A stretch of DNA of 62,593 nucleotides, the filler included. It is 7 parts of 7 records of this genome, joined end to end, with 100 filler letters (N's around TTAATTAATTAA, not from the genome) between each part and the next. Parts side by side here need not be neighbours in the genome. Positions count along the whole stretch, not along the records: positions 1 to 5,510 come from DRR723986_28583; positions 5,611 to 10,631 come from DRR723986_28607; 5 more parts are not named here. The stretch is one strand, 5' to 3'. Both the position numbers and the translations under genes were made by a program. The notes beneath the pieces are model-generated. The model saw only the letters and a program-made list of their open reading frames with translations. It did not search any database and was not told the DNA's origin. Of the stretch, positions 1 through 10,631 are shown in pieces; the first letter of the stretch is position 1, and every line of letters begins with the position of its first letter.

Positions 1-2
1 AG

Positions 3-1298
3 CAGGAGATGCTGGCCGAACATATGCACAAGCCGCTGACCTCGGTGCCGGATCCCTTTGGCACGCACGAAAGCTTTGGCCACCACAACAACGCCATGCT
101 GCGCCGGTTTCTTGATACCTTTGGGTTCGAGTATGAATTCTATTCGGCGCGTGAGTTTTACCGCACCGGGCAGTTTGATAAAATCCTGCTGCGGGCGGCA
201 GAAAAGTACGATGAGATCATGGCGGTGATGCTCAAGTCCCTGCGCGAAGAGCGGCGCCAGACCTATTCGATCTTTCTGCCGATCCACCCCGAAACCGGGC
301 GGGTGATGTATGTGCCAATGAAAGAGGTGAACGCCAAGGATGGCACGATCACCTTTGACACCGAAGAGGGAGAAGAGATGACCCTGCCGGTGACCGGCGG
401 CAACGTCAAACTGCAGTGGAAGCCGGATTTTGGCGCGCGCTGGGCGGCGCTCGATGTCGATTTTGAGATGTATGGCAAGGAACATGCCACCAACACCGCG
501 ATCTATGACCGGATTTGCGAGATCTTGGGCGGCAAAAAGCCGGATCACTTCAGCTACGAATTGTTCCTGGACGAGAACGGGCAGAAGATCTCCAAATCTT
601 CGGGCAATGGTATCTCGATTGATCAATGGCTGACCTACGCCAGCACTGAAAGCCTGTCGTATTTCATGTTCCTCAAGCCCAAGACCGCCAAGCGGATGTA
701 TTTCGATGTGATCCCCAAGGCCGTGGATGAATACCATCAACAGCTCAAGGCCTATGAGACGCAAGACACCAAGGCGCGGCTGAACAACCCGGTTTGGCAT
801 ATCCACGGCGGCAATGTTCCGACCTCGGATATGGTTGTCCCGTTCTCGATGTTGCTGAACCTTGCGTCTGTGTCCAGCGCCGAGGACAAGTCACGGTTGT
901 GGGGCTTTATTCAGCGTTATGCGCCCGAGGCGACACCGGAAACCAACCCCGGTATGGATGCGGCGGCAGGTCATGCGGTGGCGTATTACAACGACTTTGT
1001 GAAGCCGAACAAAACCTTCCGTGCGCCCAGCGATCTGGAACGCACCGCGCTGGAAGAGCTGCGCGACAATCTGAAATCCTGGGATGGGGGGCTGGACGCC
1101 GAGGCACTGCAAAGCATGGTCTTTGCAGTCGGCAAACCCAAGTTCGAGCCGCTGCGCGATTGGTTCACGGCGCTCTATGAAGTGCTGCTTGGCGCCAGCC
1201 AAGGCCCGCGTTTCGGCGGATTTATCGCGCTTTATGGTGTGGATGAAACCATTGCGTTGATTGATGACGCGCTGGCGGGAAAACTGACAGCGGGCTGA
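3..1298 (+). CDS. lysS: Lysine--tRNA ligase, class I (alphaproteobacterial type), 5'-truncated at the contig edge
   Basis: Motifs [29 protein letters not shown]-like KISKSSGN and C-terminal GPRFGGF. The HIGH-motif N-terminus is missing because the window starts inside the gene. Confidence 0.95.
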   Translation, partial: QEMLAEHMHKPLTSVPDPFGTHESFGHHNNAMLRRFLDTFGFEYEFYSAREFYRTGQFDKILLRAAEKYDEIMAVMLKSLREERRQTYSIFLPIHPETGRVMYVPMKEVNAKDGTITFDTEEGEEMTLPVTGGNVKLQWKPDFGARWAALDVDFEMYGKEHATNTAIYDRICEILGGKKPDHFSYELFLDENGQKISKSSGNGISIDQWLTYASTESLSYFMFLKPKTAKRMYFDVIPKAVDEYHQQLKAYETQDTKARLNNPVWHIHGGNVPTSDMVVPFSMLLNLASVSSAEDKSRLWGFIQRYAPEATPETNPGMDAAAGHAVAYYNDFVKPNKTFRAPSDLERTALEELRDNLKSWDGGLDAEALQSMVFAVGKPKFEPLRDWFTALYEVLLGASQGPRFGGFIALYGVDETIALIDDALAGKLTAG

Positions 1299-1359
1299 AA
1301 TTCTTGCCTCGGTGCTGCCGCGACTTAGCTTAAGTCATGTCAGCAAGGGAGCGAGAGAG

Positions 1360-1773
1360 ATGCGAAGCTACATTACATCTGTGTTTGGAGGGCTGGTTGT
1401 GTCGGCCCTCCTAGTGTTTGGTGCAACGGCGCAGGTGCCCGAAGTCGAAGACACCATCAACCAGCAAATTGAGGCGTTCAAGGCGGATGACTTTGCCGAA
1501 GCCTTCACCTTTGCCACTCCGACATTGCAACGATTGTTCCAATCCCCGCAGAACTTCGAGCGGATGGTGATCAACGGCTATCCGATGGTCTGGCGTCCTG
1601 CGGAGGTGCGGTACCTTGAGCAGGTGCAGGATGGGTCGGTGGTCTATCAAAAGGTGCAGATCACGGATGCCAAAGGGTTCACGCATCTGCTTCTTTATCG
1701 GATGCAGCAGACCGCCGAAGGATGGCGCATTGGCGGCGTTCAATTGTTGGCCGCGCCTGGCGGAACTGCCTGA
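1360..1773 (+). CDS. DUF4864 family exported protein
   Basis: Signal peptide followed by QIEAFKADDFAEAFTFA and FERMVINGYPMVWRP. ATG at 1360 follows a purine-rich RBS. Confidence 0.8.
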   Translation: MRSYITSVFGGLVVSALLVFGATAQVPEVEDTINQQIEAFKADDFAEAFTFATPTLQRLFQSPQNFERMVINGYPMVWRPAEVRYLEQVQDGSVVYQKVQITDAKGFTHLLLYRMQQTAEGWRIGGVQLLAAPGGTA

Positions 1774-1923
1774 CGCACACCATCATCGTTGCATCTGCGC
1801 CGGACGGTCCCGTCCAGGGCGGTTAACCCTTGCCCGATACTTCCCTGAGCCGACCCGGCAATGCCGGGAGATGCGGCAAACTGGCGGTCCGTGATTTGCG
1901 GCCCCGAACAAAGGGAAAATGCG

Positions 1924-4212
1924 ATGAACAAGGCAATTACCGAGGGTCTGTTGTTGGCCCCGACCCCCTATGCGAATGGTCTGGATGTCTATTCAAGCGG
2001 CGACGGAACGCCCGGCTCGGACACCTATGACAACGATCCCAATGCCCTGTTCGTGCCAGCAGATCAGGATTTTGGCGGCGCTCTGGAACTTCTTAAAACG
2101 CAAGGGGTGCAGAAAATCCGGTTTATGGGGCAAACGCCGATCCTGCCGGGCTGCTATTTGCAAATCCGTGTGCGGGTCAAAGCCATCAGTGGCAATCTGC
2201 CCTCGGTGCGGATCGCGGGGTATCCGGCACTGGGCAATGGCAACCGCGTGGCCGGGCTGACAGAGTTTTCGGTCGCTGTTGATCTGACCAGCTATGGCGA
2301 AGTGGTTGAGGTGCGGGCCATTGTTGGCACCGGCACGCGCGGCGGGGTCGATATGCCGTGGGGCAATGAGCCCGTTTACGGGCATTTTGGTTTGGACCTG
2401 ACAGGCCCGAATGGCGGCATTGTGCGGGTCGATGATATCGAGATTGAAGATGTCACTGCCGTGTTCCTGCGCGGGATGATTTCAACCGTTGATGTGACCG
2501 ACTTTGGCGCCATCGGCGATGGCACCACCGATAATACCGCCGCATTTGAGGCCGCCAATGCGGCGGCCAACGGGCGCGAGGTGTTTGTGCCAGCGGGTGT
2601 CTTCCATCTGGAAAACGATGTGACCTTTGACACTGCGGTCAAATTCGAAGGGCGGGTCACTATGCCAACCGCCGCAAAACTGCTGCTGCGCCGCAGTTTT
2701 GATCTGCCAAGTTACATCGAGGCCTTTGAAGATGAGGCAGAGGCGTTTCGCAAGGCGTTTCAGGCGCTGCTGAGCAATTCGGATCATGAGACCCTTGATC
2801 TGGGCGGTCGCAAGGTCACGATCACGGAGCCGCTGAATATGCAGGCCGCCGTTCCAGACCGGGACAGCTACGCCACGCGCCGGGTGATCCGCAACGGCCA
2901 GCTAGAGGCCGAAAATTCCGCCGCGTGGGACACCGATACGGTCACCTCGCAGGCCACCTATGACGCGGGCAACAACCGGGTGCTGACCAATGTGGCCAAT
3001 GTGGCGAACGTGCAGATTGGCGCCTTGGTCGAGGGCACTGGCGTGGGGCGTGAGGTCTATATTCAGGACAAGAACGAAGCGACGCAGCAAGTGACCCTGA
3101 CCCAGCCCTTGTTCGATGCAGAGGGCACCCAGACATTCACGTTCAAGCGGTTCAAATACCTTGTAGATTTCAGCGGCTTTAACCAGCTCAGCAAATTCGT
3201 GATGGCGGATATCGAATTTCAGTGCAATGACCGTTGCAGCGGTATCATGCTGGCCCGATCGGGTATTACCTTCCATCTGCGCGATTGTTTCATCAGCCGT
3301 CCGATGGACCGGGGCATCACCTCGGCTGGCACCGGGTGTCAGGGGATGTTGGTGGACCGGTGTCAATTCCTGTCTGCTGAAGACCCGCTTGATGTGCCAA
3401 ACCGCAAGACCATCGGCTTCAACGCCAACACCAACGATGTGAAAATCCGCAACAACCGGGCGACCAAGTTCCGGCATTTCGGGTTGTTGGCCGGGGCCAA
3501 TAACATCGTGACAGGCAATCACTTTTTCCAAGGTGACACGGTACAGGACGGTGTGCGGTCCGCAGGGCTTATTCTGGCCAACACCCATGTCAGCAGCGTG
3601 ATTTCAAACAATTACATCGACAACTGCTTTATCGAGTGGACCAACGAACATGATTCCGCGCCGGAGTTTAATTCGGAGTTTTCTTTCAGCGCACTCAGTA
3701 TCAGTGACAACATCTTTTTGTCGGGGGAAGTGGCGCCTTGGTTCAGCTATCTTATCGTTAAGCCGCATGGCACGGGACATTTCCTGAGCGGGGTCACGAT
3801 CACTGGCAACAGATTCCGCAGCCTGAATGGTTCGATTGACCGGGTTGAGCGGGTCGATGACAGTTTTGCCGATCTGGACATGAGCCGCTGCAAAAACATC
3901 GTGATGGCGGCCAATTCGTTTCATGCGGTGTCCAACCCGGTCGAAAATCCGGCTTATGTCGAGTTTGATCAGAACCAACCCTCCACGGCGTGGGACATCG
4001 ACGCCAGCGCTCAGTTGCCGTTTTCGGGACAAGCGTTGCAGGTGGACAGCGTGATGCCGTTTGGGCCTATCCGCAATGACAACAACGTCCGCCAATATGA
4101 TATGCCCTATGTCGATTTGCAGCATGGGGCGCAGGGTGATCATATCCAACTGGTCTGGCCGACGCCTGTCAAAGGGACAGTGCAGGCCATGGTACGTATG
4201 GATAAACGGTAA
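1924..4212 (+). CDS. Right-handed beta-helix (pectate lyase 3 / GH28-related) protein
   Basis: VDVTDFGAIGDGTTDNTAAF motif and repeated Asn-ladder beta-helix segments. Start placed at MNKAIT after GGGAAAA. Confidence 0.8.
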   Translation: MNKAITEGLLLAPTPYANGLDVYSSGDGTPGSDTYDNDPNALFVPADQDFGGALELLKTQGVQKIRFMGQTPILPGCYLQIRVRVKAISGNLPSVRIAGYPALGNGNRVAGLTEFSVAVDLTSYGEVVEVRAIVGTGTRGGVDMPWGNEPVYGHFGLDLTGPNGGIVRVDDIEIEDVTAVFLRGMISTVDVTDFGAIGDGTTDNTAAFEAANAAANGREVFVPAGVFHLENDVTFDTAVKFEGRVTMPTAAKLLLRRSFDLPSYIEAFEDEAEAFRKAFQALLSNSDHETLDLGGRKVTITEPLNMQAAVPDRDSYATRRVIRNGQLEAENSAAWDTDTVTSQATYDAGNNRVLTNVANVANVQIGALVEGTGVGREVYIQDKNEATQQVTLTQPLFDAEGTQTFTFKRFKYLVDFSGFNQLSKFVMADIEFQCNDRCSGIMLARSGITFHLRDCFISRPMDRGITSAGTGCQGMLVDRCQFLSAEDPLDVPNRKTIGFNANTNDVKIRNNRATKFRHFGLLAGANNIVTGNHFFQGDTVQDGVRSAGLILANTHVSSVISNNYIDNCFIEWTNEHDSAPEFNSEFSFSALSISDNIFLSGEVAPWFSYLIVKPHGTGHFLSGVTITGNRFRSLNGSIDRVERVDDSFADLDMSRCKNIVMAANSFHAVSNPVENPAYVEFDQNQPSTAWDIDASAQLPFSGQALQVDSVMPFGPIRNDNNVRQYDMPYVDLQHGAQGDHIQLVWPTPVKGTVQAMVRMDKR

Positions 4213-4221
4213 AGGGGCCGC

Positions 4222-4890
4222 TCAGAATTCGCGCCACAAACCGATCTTGATACGGTTTGCGGCGACCCCTTTGAGCGGTGCCTCGATCCCGAACTGGATC
4301 TGGAAATCTGTGATCGGCGGGCGGACCACCAGCGATGGCACAAAAGTGGCATAAGTGCTGCCATCGGAGTGACCGAGATTGAGTTCCAGAATGCCCTTGG
4401 TGGCCTTGCCCAGATTGAGGCCAAACGTCCCATCCAGCTTGGCACGGTAGTCCTTGGATTTGACGTCCCATAGCAGTGAACCATCCACGGTGACCCATCC
4501 ACCTTTCGCGCCCATCTGCATGCCGCGCCCCCATGTCAGGCCGGTTTTGAGGGTTGGGCGCGCGCCATAGCTGCCCCAATTTGCGCCGATGCCGATCTCA
4601 TAGGCGAATTTGTTTTTCCCCTCAGCCGGGCCGAGCGCGCGGCGGAAAAACAAAACGCCGCTGCCGCTCTGGCCGGAGGGATCGTTGGCCGCCAGGTTCA
4701 GGTCCGCGCCCAATGTTGTCTCTTTTGTCAGGCCAAATTCCAGATAGGTGCTGCTTTGGGTTTCAAATGTTCGGGTGCTGCTGATGGAAGTCGATAAGAA
4801 GGTTTTGCCCTCTTCGCGAAGCCACGGCCCGGCGGCCAACGGCGCGGCAAAGCTGTGCAGGATCGCGGTAATCAGCAGGTAGTAACGCAT
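4222..4890 (-). CDS. Exported hypothetical protein, probable outer-membrane beta-barrel
   Basis: Signal peptide, AGPWLREEG start, amphipathic beta segments and terminal Phe (IGLWREF). GGAGGA RBS upstream. Confidence 0.65.
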   Translation of the reverse strand: MRYYLLITAILHSFAAPLAAGPWLREEGKTFLSTSISSTRTFETQSSTYLEFGLTKETTLGADLNLAANDPSGQSGSGVLFFRRALGPAEGKNKFAYEIGIGANWGSYGARPTLKTGLTWGRGMQMGAKGGWVTVDGSLLWDVKSKDYRAKLDGTFGLNLGKATKGILELNLGHSDGSTYATFVPSLVVRPPITDFQIQFGIEAPLKGVAANRIKIGLWREF

Positions 4891-4913
4891 CGGGTCCTCC
4901 GACCCTGATCGTC

Positions 4914-4929
4914 CTAAACGAAGGTTAAC
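4914..4929. promoter_or_regulatory. Candidate CtrA box
   Basis: CTAA-ACGAAGG-TTAAC matches the consensus TTAA-N7-TTAAC with one mismatch. It lies 24 bp upstream of the 4890 start. Confidence 0.4.
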
Positions 4930-4961
4930 AATTCCTTACAAAACTCTACGGTTGGAATGAC

Positions 4962-4995
4962 AAAAGGCCCGGAGCGGTAAGCGCACCGGGCCTTT
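4962..4995 (-). terminator. Intrinsic terminator hairpin
   Basis: AAAGGCCCGG (4963-4972) / CCGGGCCTTT (4986-4995) inverted repeat just downstream of the 5017-5202 gene. Confidence 0.75.
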
Positions 4996-5016
4996 GAAAT
5001 GATCTATGACCGGATC

Positions 5017-5202
5017 TTACACGCGGACAGAACCGCCGCGTGGACCTGCGATCAGCCAGACGATCAGGCCGACAACCGGCAACAGCAGGATGCCAAGGGT
5101 CCAGAGGATTTTGCTCAACGTTGAGGTGCTGGAGGTCAGAACCTGATAGATGGCGTAGATGTCAGCGATCAGGATGATCAGTCCAAGAAGTCCATATTCC
5201 AT
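5017..5202 (-). CDS. PLDc N-terminal domain small membrane protein
   Basis: Two hydrophobic helices with the KILWTLGILLLPVVGLIVWLIAGPR signature. GGAGA RBS. Confidence 0.85.
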   Translation of the reverse strand: MEYGLLGLIILIADIYAIYQVLTSSTSTLSKILWTLGILLLPVVGLIVWLIAGPRGGSVRV

Positions 5203-5510
5203 TGTTATTCTCCATTCGTGATTAACAGGTGGTCTGCTGGGTTAACCGCGTTTAGGAACAATCGGTTCCATTTCCGGCCAAATAAATCCGTCCGATGGAA
5301 AGGCCCAATATAGATAGGACGCGAGGCTGCGGGATTTCGGGGAATTTGCAGGGGCATTTTATTTTGTTTAAAAACAGAGGCTTAATTTGGTCCGATTTCC
5401 CTGAAAGGTCAACGTTTGTAATCGAAACACTGAAAATTTCGGGAACCAAATCCTGGGCTGTCTGTTCTTTCACCATGACGTTCAAACGCAACGGACCTGA
5501 AAGGAAAAGA

Positions 5511-5610
5511 NNNNNNNNNNNNNNNNNNNNNNNNNNNNNNNNNNNNNNNNNNNNTTAATTAATTAANNNNNNNNNNNNNNNNNNNNNNNNNNNNNNNNNN
5601 NNNNNNNNNN
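5511..5610. other. Artificial contig linker
   Basis: N44-TTAATTAATTAA-N44, which gives stop codons in all six frames. Confidence 0.99.
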
Positions 5611-6662
5611 CCCTGTTATTGCCGAGCATTCACGGCAACGACGACGCAAGGAACATTGCCCGTAAACTGATCAACGCTCTGAAAGCGCCGTTCCAGCTGG
5701 GAGACCACGAGGTCTTTGTGGGGGTCAGTATCGGGATTTCAGTATTCCCCGAAGCCGGCGAGACCATGGATCTGCTGATACAGAACGCCGATATCGCCAT
5801 GTACCACGTGAAAGCGCGGGGTAAAGATGGCTATCGCTTCTATTCCGACAGCATGAGCATCAACACCGCCAACCGGCTGAGCCTGGAACGGGATCTTCGC
5901 CTGGCACTGGAACGCAACGAGCTCCGGGTGTTTTACCAGCCTCAGGTATGCTCCCGTTCCAACCGGGTGGTGGGCCTGGAGGCCCTGGTGCGCTGGCAGC
6001 ACCCGGAACGGGGACTGCTCTACCCCGGGGATTTCCTGCCCCTGGCAGAAGAAACCCGGCTGGTTGGCAAACTCAGTGAACAGGTTATCGATCAGGCCTG
6101 CCGCGACGTGGGCCGCTGGATCAGTAGCGGGCATTCCGACCTGCGCCTGGCGGTGAACCTCTCCCCCAGCCAGGTGGAGCACCCCAGATTCGTCGAAACC
6201 CTGATGAACCGGGTGGCCGCCCACAACTTCCCGGCCGATAACCTGGAAATCGAAATCACAGAAAATGTGATCATGAATGATCTTGAACAGATCAGCCGCA
6301 AGCTCAAAGAGCTGGCCGCCACCGGCGTGCGCATCGCCATCGACGATTTCGGTACCGGCTATTCCTCGCTCAATTACCTGCACCGTCTACCGATTCACAC
6401 TCTGAAGGTGGACCAGTCCTTTGTTAAAGCCATACGCAGTGGCGAAGACGGAGCCTGCATCGTCAACGCCATTATCGCCATGGCACACGGCCTGAAACTC
6501 GAGATTGTGGCCGAAGGTGTGGAAACCGACGACCAACTTGCGTACCTGAAAAGCCTCGGCTGTCACCAGGTTCAGGGCTTCTTCTACGGCCCCGCCCGAC
6601 CCGCCGCCGACATTACACGGTTGCTGGCCAAAGATGGTCTGGCCTTCGCACATACCGGCTAA
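5611..6662 (+). CDS. GGDEF-EAL c-di-GMP signalling protein, 5'-truncated
   Basis: End of a GGDEF domain (SIGISVFP, ADIAMYHVK) followed by an EAL domain (YQPQ, EALVRW, EITE, DDFGTGYSS, EGVET). Confidence 0.93.
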
Positions 6663-6897
6663 AACGATTATCGATTGTCTGACACTCCGAACCAAAACAT
6701 TGACCCGGTTTGCAAAGTGTATCCTTACGTTACTTTGTGTATCCGGAAATGCGCAGTACTGCACATCTTTCAACCTACCCCTTCTCTAAGCTCGGTTTAT
6801 CAGTAACCGATCACCGGAATGTCCGACAGGCTGTCGGAGCAACAATCACAATAACGGTGGCGGACAACCAGGGAACAAGAAGAAGGCAGCAGTCATC

Positions 6898-7551
6898 ATG
6901 CGCGACAAGTACAAGTATATTGGCCCCGTCTACGATTTTCTCAGCAATCTCTACAGCGGCAAGAACATCCATCGCTGCAAGACCGCCATGCTGGATGTGG
7001 AAACGGTAAAACCCGGAGACCGCATTCTCTTTGCCGGCGTCGGCCACGGCCGGGACGCTATCCGAGCCGCAGAGCTGGGAGCGGAGGTAACGGTGGTCGA
7101 TCTGTCCGAGACCATGCTGCGCAAATTCGCCGATGCCCAGCATAAAGAAGCGCCTCATCTGACCATACGCCGTATCCACAGCGACATCATGAAGGTGGAT
7201 GAGTTCGAGCAATACGACATGGTAGTCGCCAACTTTTTCCTGAACGTGTTTGACGAAGACATGATGGTCAAAGTGCTCGAGCACCTGATTCGCCTGGGCA
7301 AGGCCGATGCCAGAGTGGTTGTCGGCGACTTCTGCTACCCGACGGGCAACATCCTGTCCCGCATGTTCAAGAAACTCTACTGGTACATGGCGGTGTTCAT
7401 TTTCTGGCTGTTTGCCAACAACGCCTTCCACAAGATCTACAACTACCCCGAGCACATGCAGCGCCTGGGCCTGCAGGTAACCGAGAAGAAGCACTTCAAG
7501 CTTCTGAACATGGACTGCTACTGGTCCATCCTCGGCCGAAAACAGGCCTGA
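6898..7551 (+). CDS. Class I SAM-dependent methyltransferase
   Basis: Motif I ILFAGVGHG, VVDLSETML and YDMVVANFFL. Confidence 0.88.
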   Translation: MRDKYKYIGPVYDFLSNLYSGKNIHRCKTAMLDVETVKPGDRILFAGVGHGRDAIRAAELGAEVTVVDLSETMLRKFADAQHKEAPHLTIRRIHSDIMKVDEFEQYDMVVANFFLNVFDEDMMVKVLEHLIRLGKADARVVVGDFCYPTGNILSRMFKKLYWYMAVFIFWLFANNAFHKIYNYPEHMQRLGLQVTEKKHFKLLNMDCYWSILGRKQA

Positions 7552-7595
7552 ACCCCTGACACCAAAAACAACAACAGGTTATCGGGAGCGTCATC

Positions 7596-8603
7596 ATGTC
7601 AGACCAGATTCTTGCACTGGACCGTACCCAGGGACTCACCGACGGACAGTTTACGTTTTCAGAGCGGGTGAACTACCTCAAGCAGTTCGGCGTGCACTCA
7701 CAGTCCTTCTCGACTCTGCAGCCGGGGATGCAGTACTTCGATGTTGAAGGGATGGGCTACGTGGCCTATATGCGTAAATGGGGCGGCACCTTTGTGCTGT
7801 CAGACCCGGTTTGCGCACCCGAGAACTTCCCGATGATTCTGGAGCGCTTCCACCAGAAGTTCCCGAATGCCTGCTACATCCAGGTCTCCAAACCGGTGGT
7901 GGATTTCCTGCATCTACGCTTCGGGCTCTACGGCACCCAGTTTGGCAGCGAATCCCGCATCGACCTGCGCAAATGGTCCCTCAGCGGCAAGAAAAAGCAG
8001 ATTCTGAGAACCGCCCTGAACCAGGCCGAAAAGAACGGGATCACGGTGAAAGAGCGTTTCAGTGATGACCACACGCGGGAAATCTCGGAAGCCTGGATTC
8101 GCACCCGAAAATGCAAGAGCAACGAAATCCGTTTCCTGATTCGCCCGATGGAAATGGATTATCGGGAAAACGAACGCCATTTCTACGCCTATCAGGATGG
8201 CAAAGCCGTCGGCTTTATCTACTTCGACCCGATCTATCGCAACAACGAAATTATCAGTTATGTGCCCAACATCTCCCGCGCCAACGCGGATTTCCGTCAG
8301 GGTATCTTCTATACCCTGATGGCCCACGCCATGGATGTTTTCAAGGCCGAGGGTGTGCCATTTCTGGACCTGGGCCTGATACCTCTGTCCCTCGACAAGG
8401 CCACGGAACACCAGGAAAGCCGGCTGCTCAAGAAGATGCTCCACGGAATCTATGAGAAAGGAAACTTCCTGTATAACTTCAAGGGGCTGGAGTTCACAAA
8501 ATCACGCTTCCGCGGCGATGGCTTCAAAACCTACTGCTGCCACAAGCGGGCGATCCCGGCGCTGGAATTCCTCGCCATGTTCAAACTGACCCGGTTGCTG
8601 TAA
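7596..8603 (+). CDS. DUF2156 / aminoacyl-phosphatidylglycerol synthase C-terminal (MprF-like transferase) domain protein, soluble
   Basis: Motifs LSDPVC, LSGKKKQILR, LDLGLIPL and YNFKGLEFTKSRF. No transmembrane flippase domain. Confidence 0.8.
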   Translation: MSDQILALDRTQGLTDGQFTFSERVNYLKQFGVHSQSFSTLQPGMQYFDVEGMGYVAYMRKWGGTFVLSDPVCAPENFPMILERFHQKFPNACYIQVSKPVVDFLHLRFGLYGTQFGSESRIDLRKWSLSGKKKQILRTALNQAEKNGITVKERFSDDHTREISEAWIRTRKCKSNEIRFLIRPMEMDYRENERHFYAYQDGKAVGFIYFDPIYRNNEIISYVPNISRANADFRQGIFYTLMAHAMDVFKAEGVPFLDLGLIPLSLDKATEHQESRLLKKMLHGIYEKGNFLYNFKGLEFTKSRFRGDGFKTYCCHKRAIPALEFLAMFKLTRLL

Positions 8604-9426
8604 CGCCGGGCCAGTGACCGGCCACCATCACCACCGGGATGCCCATTTCCGACATGAACGGGCCCAGGTCTTCCGGCGCATCACCAGAAAAGCAGGCACT
8701 GGTCACCACAGCCCCGGACTGGTTCGGCGGTGTCTGCGCACAGGCCAGGTCACCGGCCTGTTCAAACCACCAGGCCACGCGGCGGGCTATCGCCTCGCCG
8801 GACTCCACCCAGTGCATCACCTCCGGCAACGCCTTGCGTAACCAGGGCAACAATAGCGGGTAATGAGTGCAGCCCAGAACCACCGTGTCGACACCGCCTT
8901 CGCGCAGCGGCACCATGGCGTCATCCACCTCCACCTGATCCGGCGCAGAGCCGCCAACCAGCTCCTCAGCCCAGCGCACCAGGGCCGGATGACCAAGGCG
9001 GAATACCTCACAATCCCGGGCATACTTCTGAATCAGATCATCCAGATAGGCGCGTTTGACCGTCGCCGGTGTCGCCAACAGGCCAATGCGGCGATTGACG
9101 GAACAGGCTGCCGCCGGTTTGACCGCCGGCACCACCCCGACCACCGGCACAGCAATAGTGGCCCTGAGCTCGGGCAAGACAACGGTACTGGCGGTATTAC
9201 AGGCCACCACCACCACATCGCACGGAAACTCAACCAGACATTGCCGTATAAGCGTGCAACAGCGCTCGATTACCACCTGTTCGGGCTTGTCGCCATAGGG
9301 AAAGCCGGCATTATCTGCCAGGTAAACCAGCTCCACACCGGGCAACGTCTGGTGAATACAGGCGGCGACACTCAGGCCACCGACCCCGGAATCAAACACC
9401 AGCACCCTCGGGCGACGGTCAGTCAT
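8581..9426 (-). CDS. murI: Glutamate racemase
   Basis: VFDSGVGGLS, PYG, VACNTAS and VLGCTHYP. Start placed at MTDRRPR, overlapping the nudC stop. Confidence 0.96.
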   Translation of the reverse strand: MTDRRPRVLVFDSGVGGLSVAACIHQTLPGVELVYLADNAGFPYGDKPEQVVIERCCTLIRQCLVEFPCDVVVVACNTASTVVLPELRATIAVPVVGVVPAVKPAAACSVNRRIGLLATPATVKRAYLDDLIQKYARDCEVFRLGHPALVRWAEELVGGSAPDQVEVDDAMVPLREGGVDTVVLGCTHYPLLLPWLRKALPEVMHWVESGEAIARRVAWWFEQAGDLACAQTPPNQSGAVVTSACFSGDAPEDLGPFMSEMGIPVVMVAGHWPGVTATGSV

Positions 9427-10255
9427 GGTGGCTACCACCATTACCGGCAGCAATCTCTGCTTTCAGGGCATTGATCAATCGCCCTGCTATGGTGGTTTCT
9501 GGCGGAACCGGAGGATGTTCATCCACCGTAAACCAGCCAGCATCCGCCAGTTCCTCTTCCTGCAACCGCAATTCGCCGCTCTCGTAGTCGGCAAAGAAGC
9601 CCAGCATCAACTGGTGAGGAAATGGCCAGGGCTGCGACCCCTGATAGCGAATGTTGGTCACCGCCAAACCGGTTTCCTCCATCACCTCCCGGGCCACCGC
9701 CTGCTCCAGATTCTCGCCCGGCTCCACAAAACCAGCGATCAGACTGTAGAAGTTGCGGGTGACCCGCGCGGATTTTGCCAGCAGGAAGCGGTCGCCCCGG
9801 CGAATAACGGTAATGATGCAAGGGGCAATACGCGGGTACCAGGGGATGCCACACCGGTTGCACCAGCGCGCCCGTTCGCGGGGATGGGCTCCAGTTTTCT
9901 CTCCACAGCGGCCGCAGTAACGATGGTCCTGCCACCACTGCCAGACCTGATAACCGGTACTGAGCACATCCGCCGGCGCCCCGGGCGTAAGCAGCATAGC
10001 CTCACGCAGGGACAGCGTCTGCATGCCCGGCACACCGGTGTCCGGCAGCATAGTGACATACAGAGGGCGCCCCTCCCAGGCGCCCAGGGACAGCGCCTCC
10101 GGCCGGCTTCCACCCATTTCCGGGCCACCCCAGCGAAGGAACCAGCCATCCGCCGGCTTCAGAATACTGTTGCCCGTGAACGCCAGCAGCAGATCACCCT
10201 GCTCCGGCGAGGCCTCATTCCACCCGGGTACCCACTGTGCCTTGTCGTCTGCCAT
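9419..10255 (-). CDS. nudC: NAD(H) diphosphatase NudC
   Basis: Zinc ribbon CGRCG...CNRC, Nudix box AGFVEPGENLEQAVAREVMEETG and SQPWPFP. Confidence 0.96.
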   Translation of the reverse strand: MADDKAQWVPGWNEASPEQGDLLLAFTGNSILKPADGWFLRWGGPEMGGSRPEALSLGAWEGRPLYVTMLPDTGVPGMQTLSLREAMLLTPGAPADVLSTGYQVWQWWQDHRYCGRCGEKTGAHPRERARWCNRCGIPWYPRIAPCIITVIRRGDRFLLAKSARVTRNFYSLIAGFVEPGENLEQAVAREVMEETGLAVTNIRYQGSQPWPFPHQLMLGFFADYESGELRLQEEELADAGWFTVDEHPPVPPETTIAGRLINALKAEIAAGNGGSHHD

Positions 10256-10395
10256 GCCCTGCTTTTCCTGCTGCCTGAATACCAGTCCCGAAATGTACCA
10301 CATCACATTCATCACCAAGAATTGGTGCACGACTTTCCGCTACCGCCCCAACCCGTTAAACTTGGCGCCTGTTTCCAGGACCGGAGTAACCGTTT

Positions 10396-10631
10396 ATGCG
10401 ACTTTATCAGGGCATTCGCAGCCTGATCCTGTCTCTTTTCCGAAAGATCCTGTTTTTATGGGTCAGGACTGATGTCAGTGGCAATACCCTGGAAGCCCTC
10501 GGGCTGGACCCGGACAAGCCCGTCTGTTACGTGCTCCAGTACAGCTCACTGTCGAGCCGTCTGGTGCTGGAGCAGGAAGTCATCCGGGCCCGGTTGCCGG
10601 GAGCCACAGATACCTTGCCGGTCAAAAACGG
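10396..10631 (+). CDS. plsB: Glycerol-3-phosphate acyltransferase N-terminus, 3'-truncated
   Basis: LGLDPDKPVCYVL resembles the gammaproteobacterial PlsB N-terminus. The ORF runs into the linker. Confidence 0.7.

Noticed and set aside
9425-10426. 333-aa plus-strand ORF
   Set aside because: Antisense shadow of nudC in GC-rich DNA, with no protein-like motifs.
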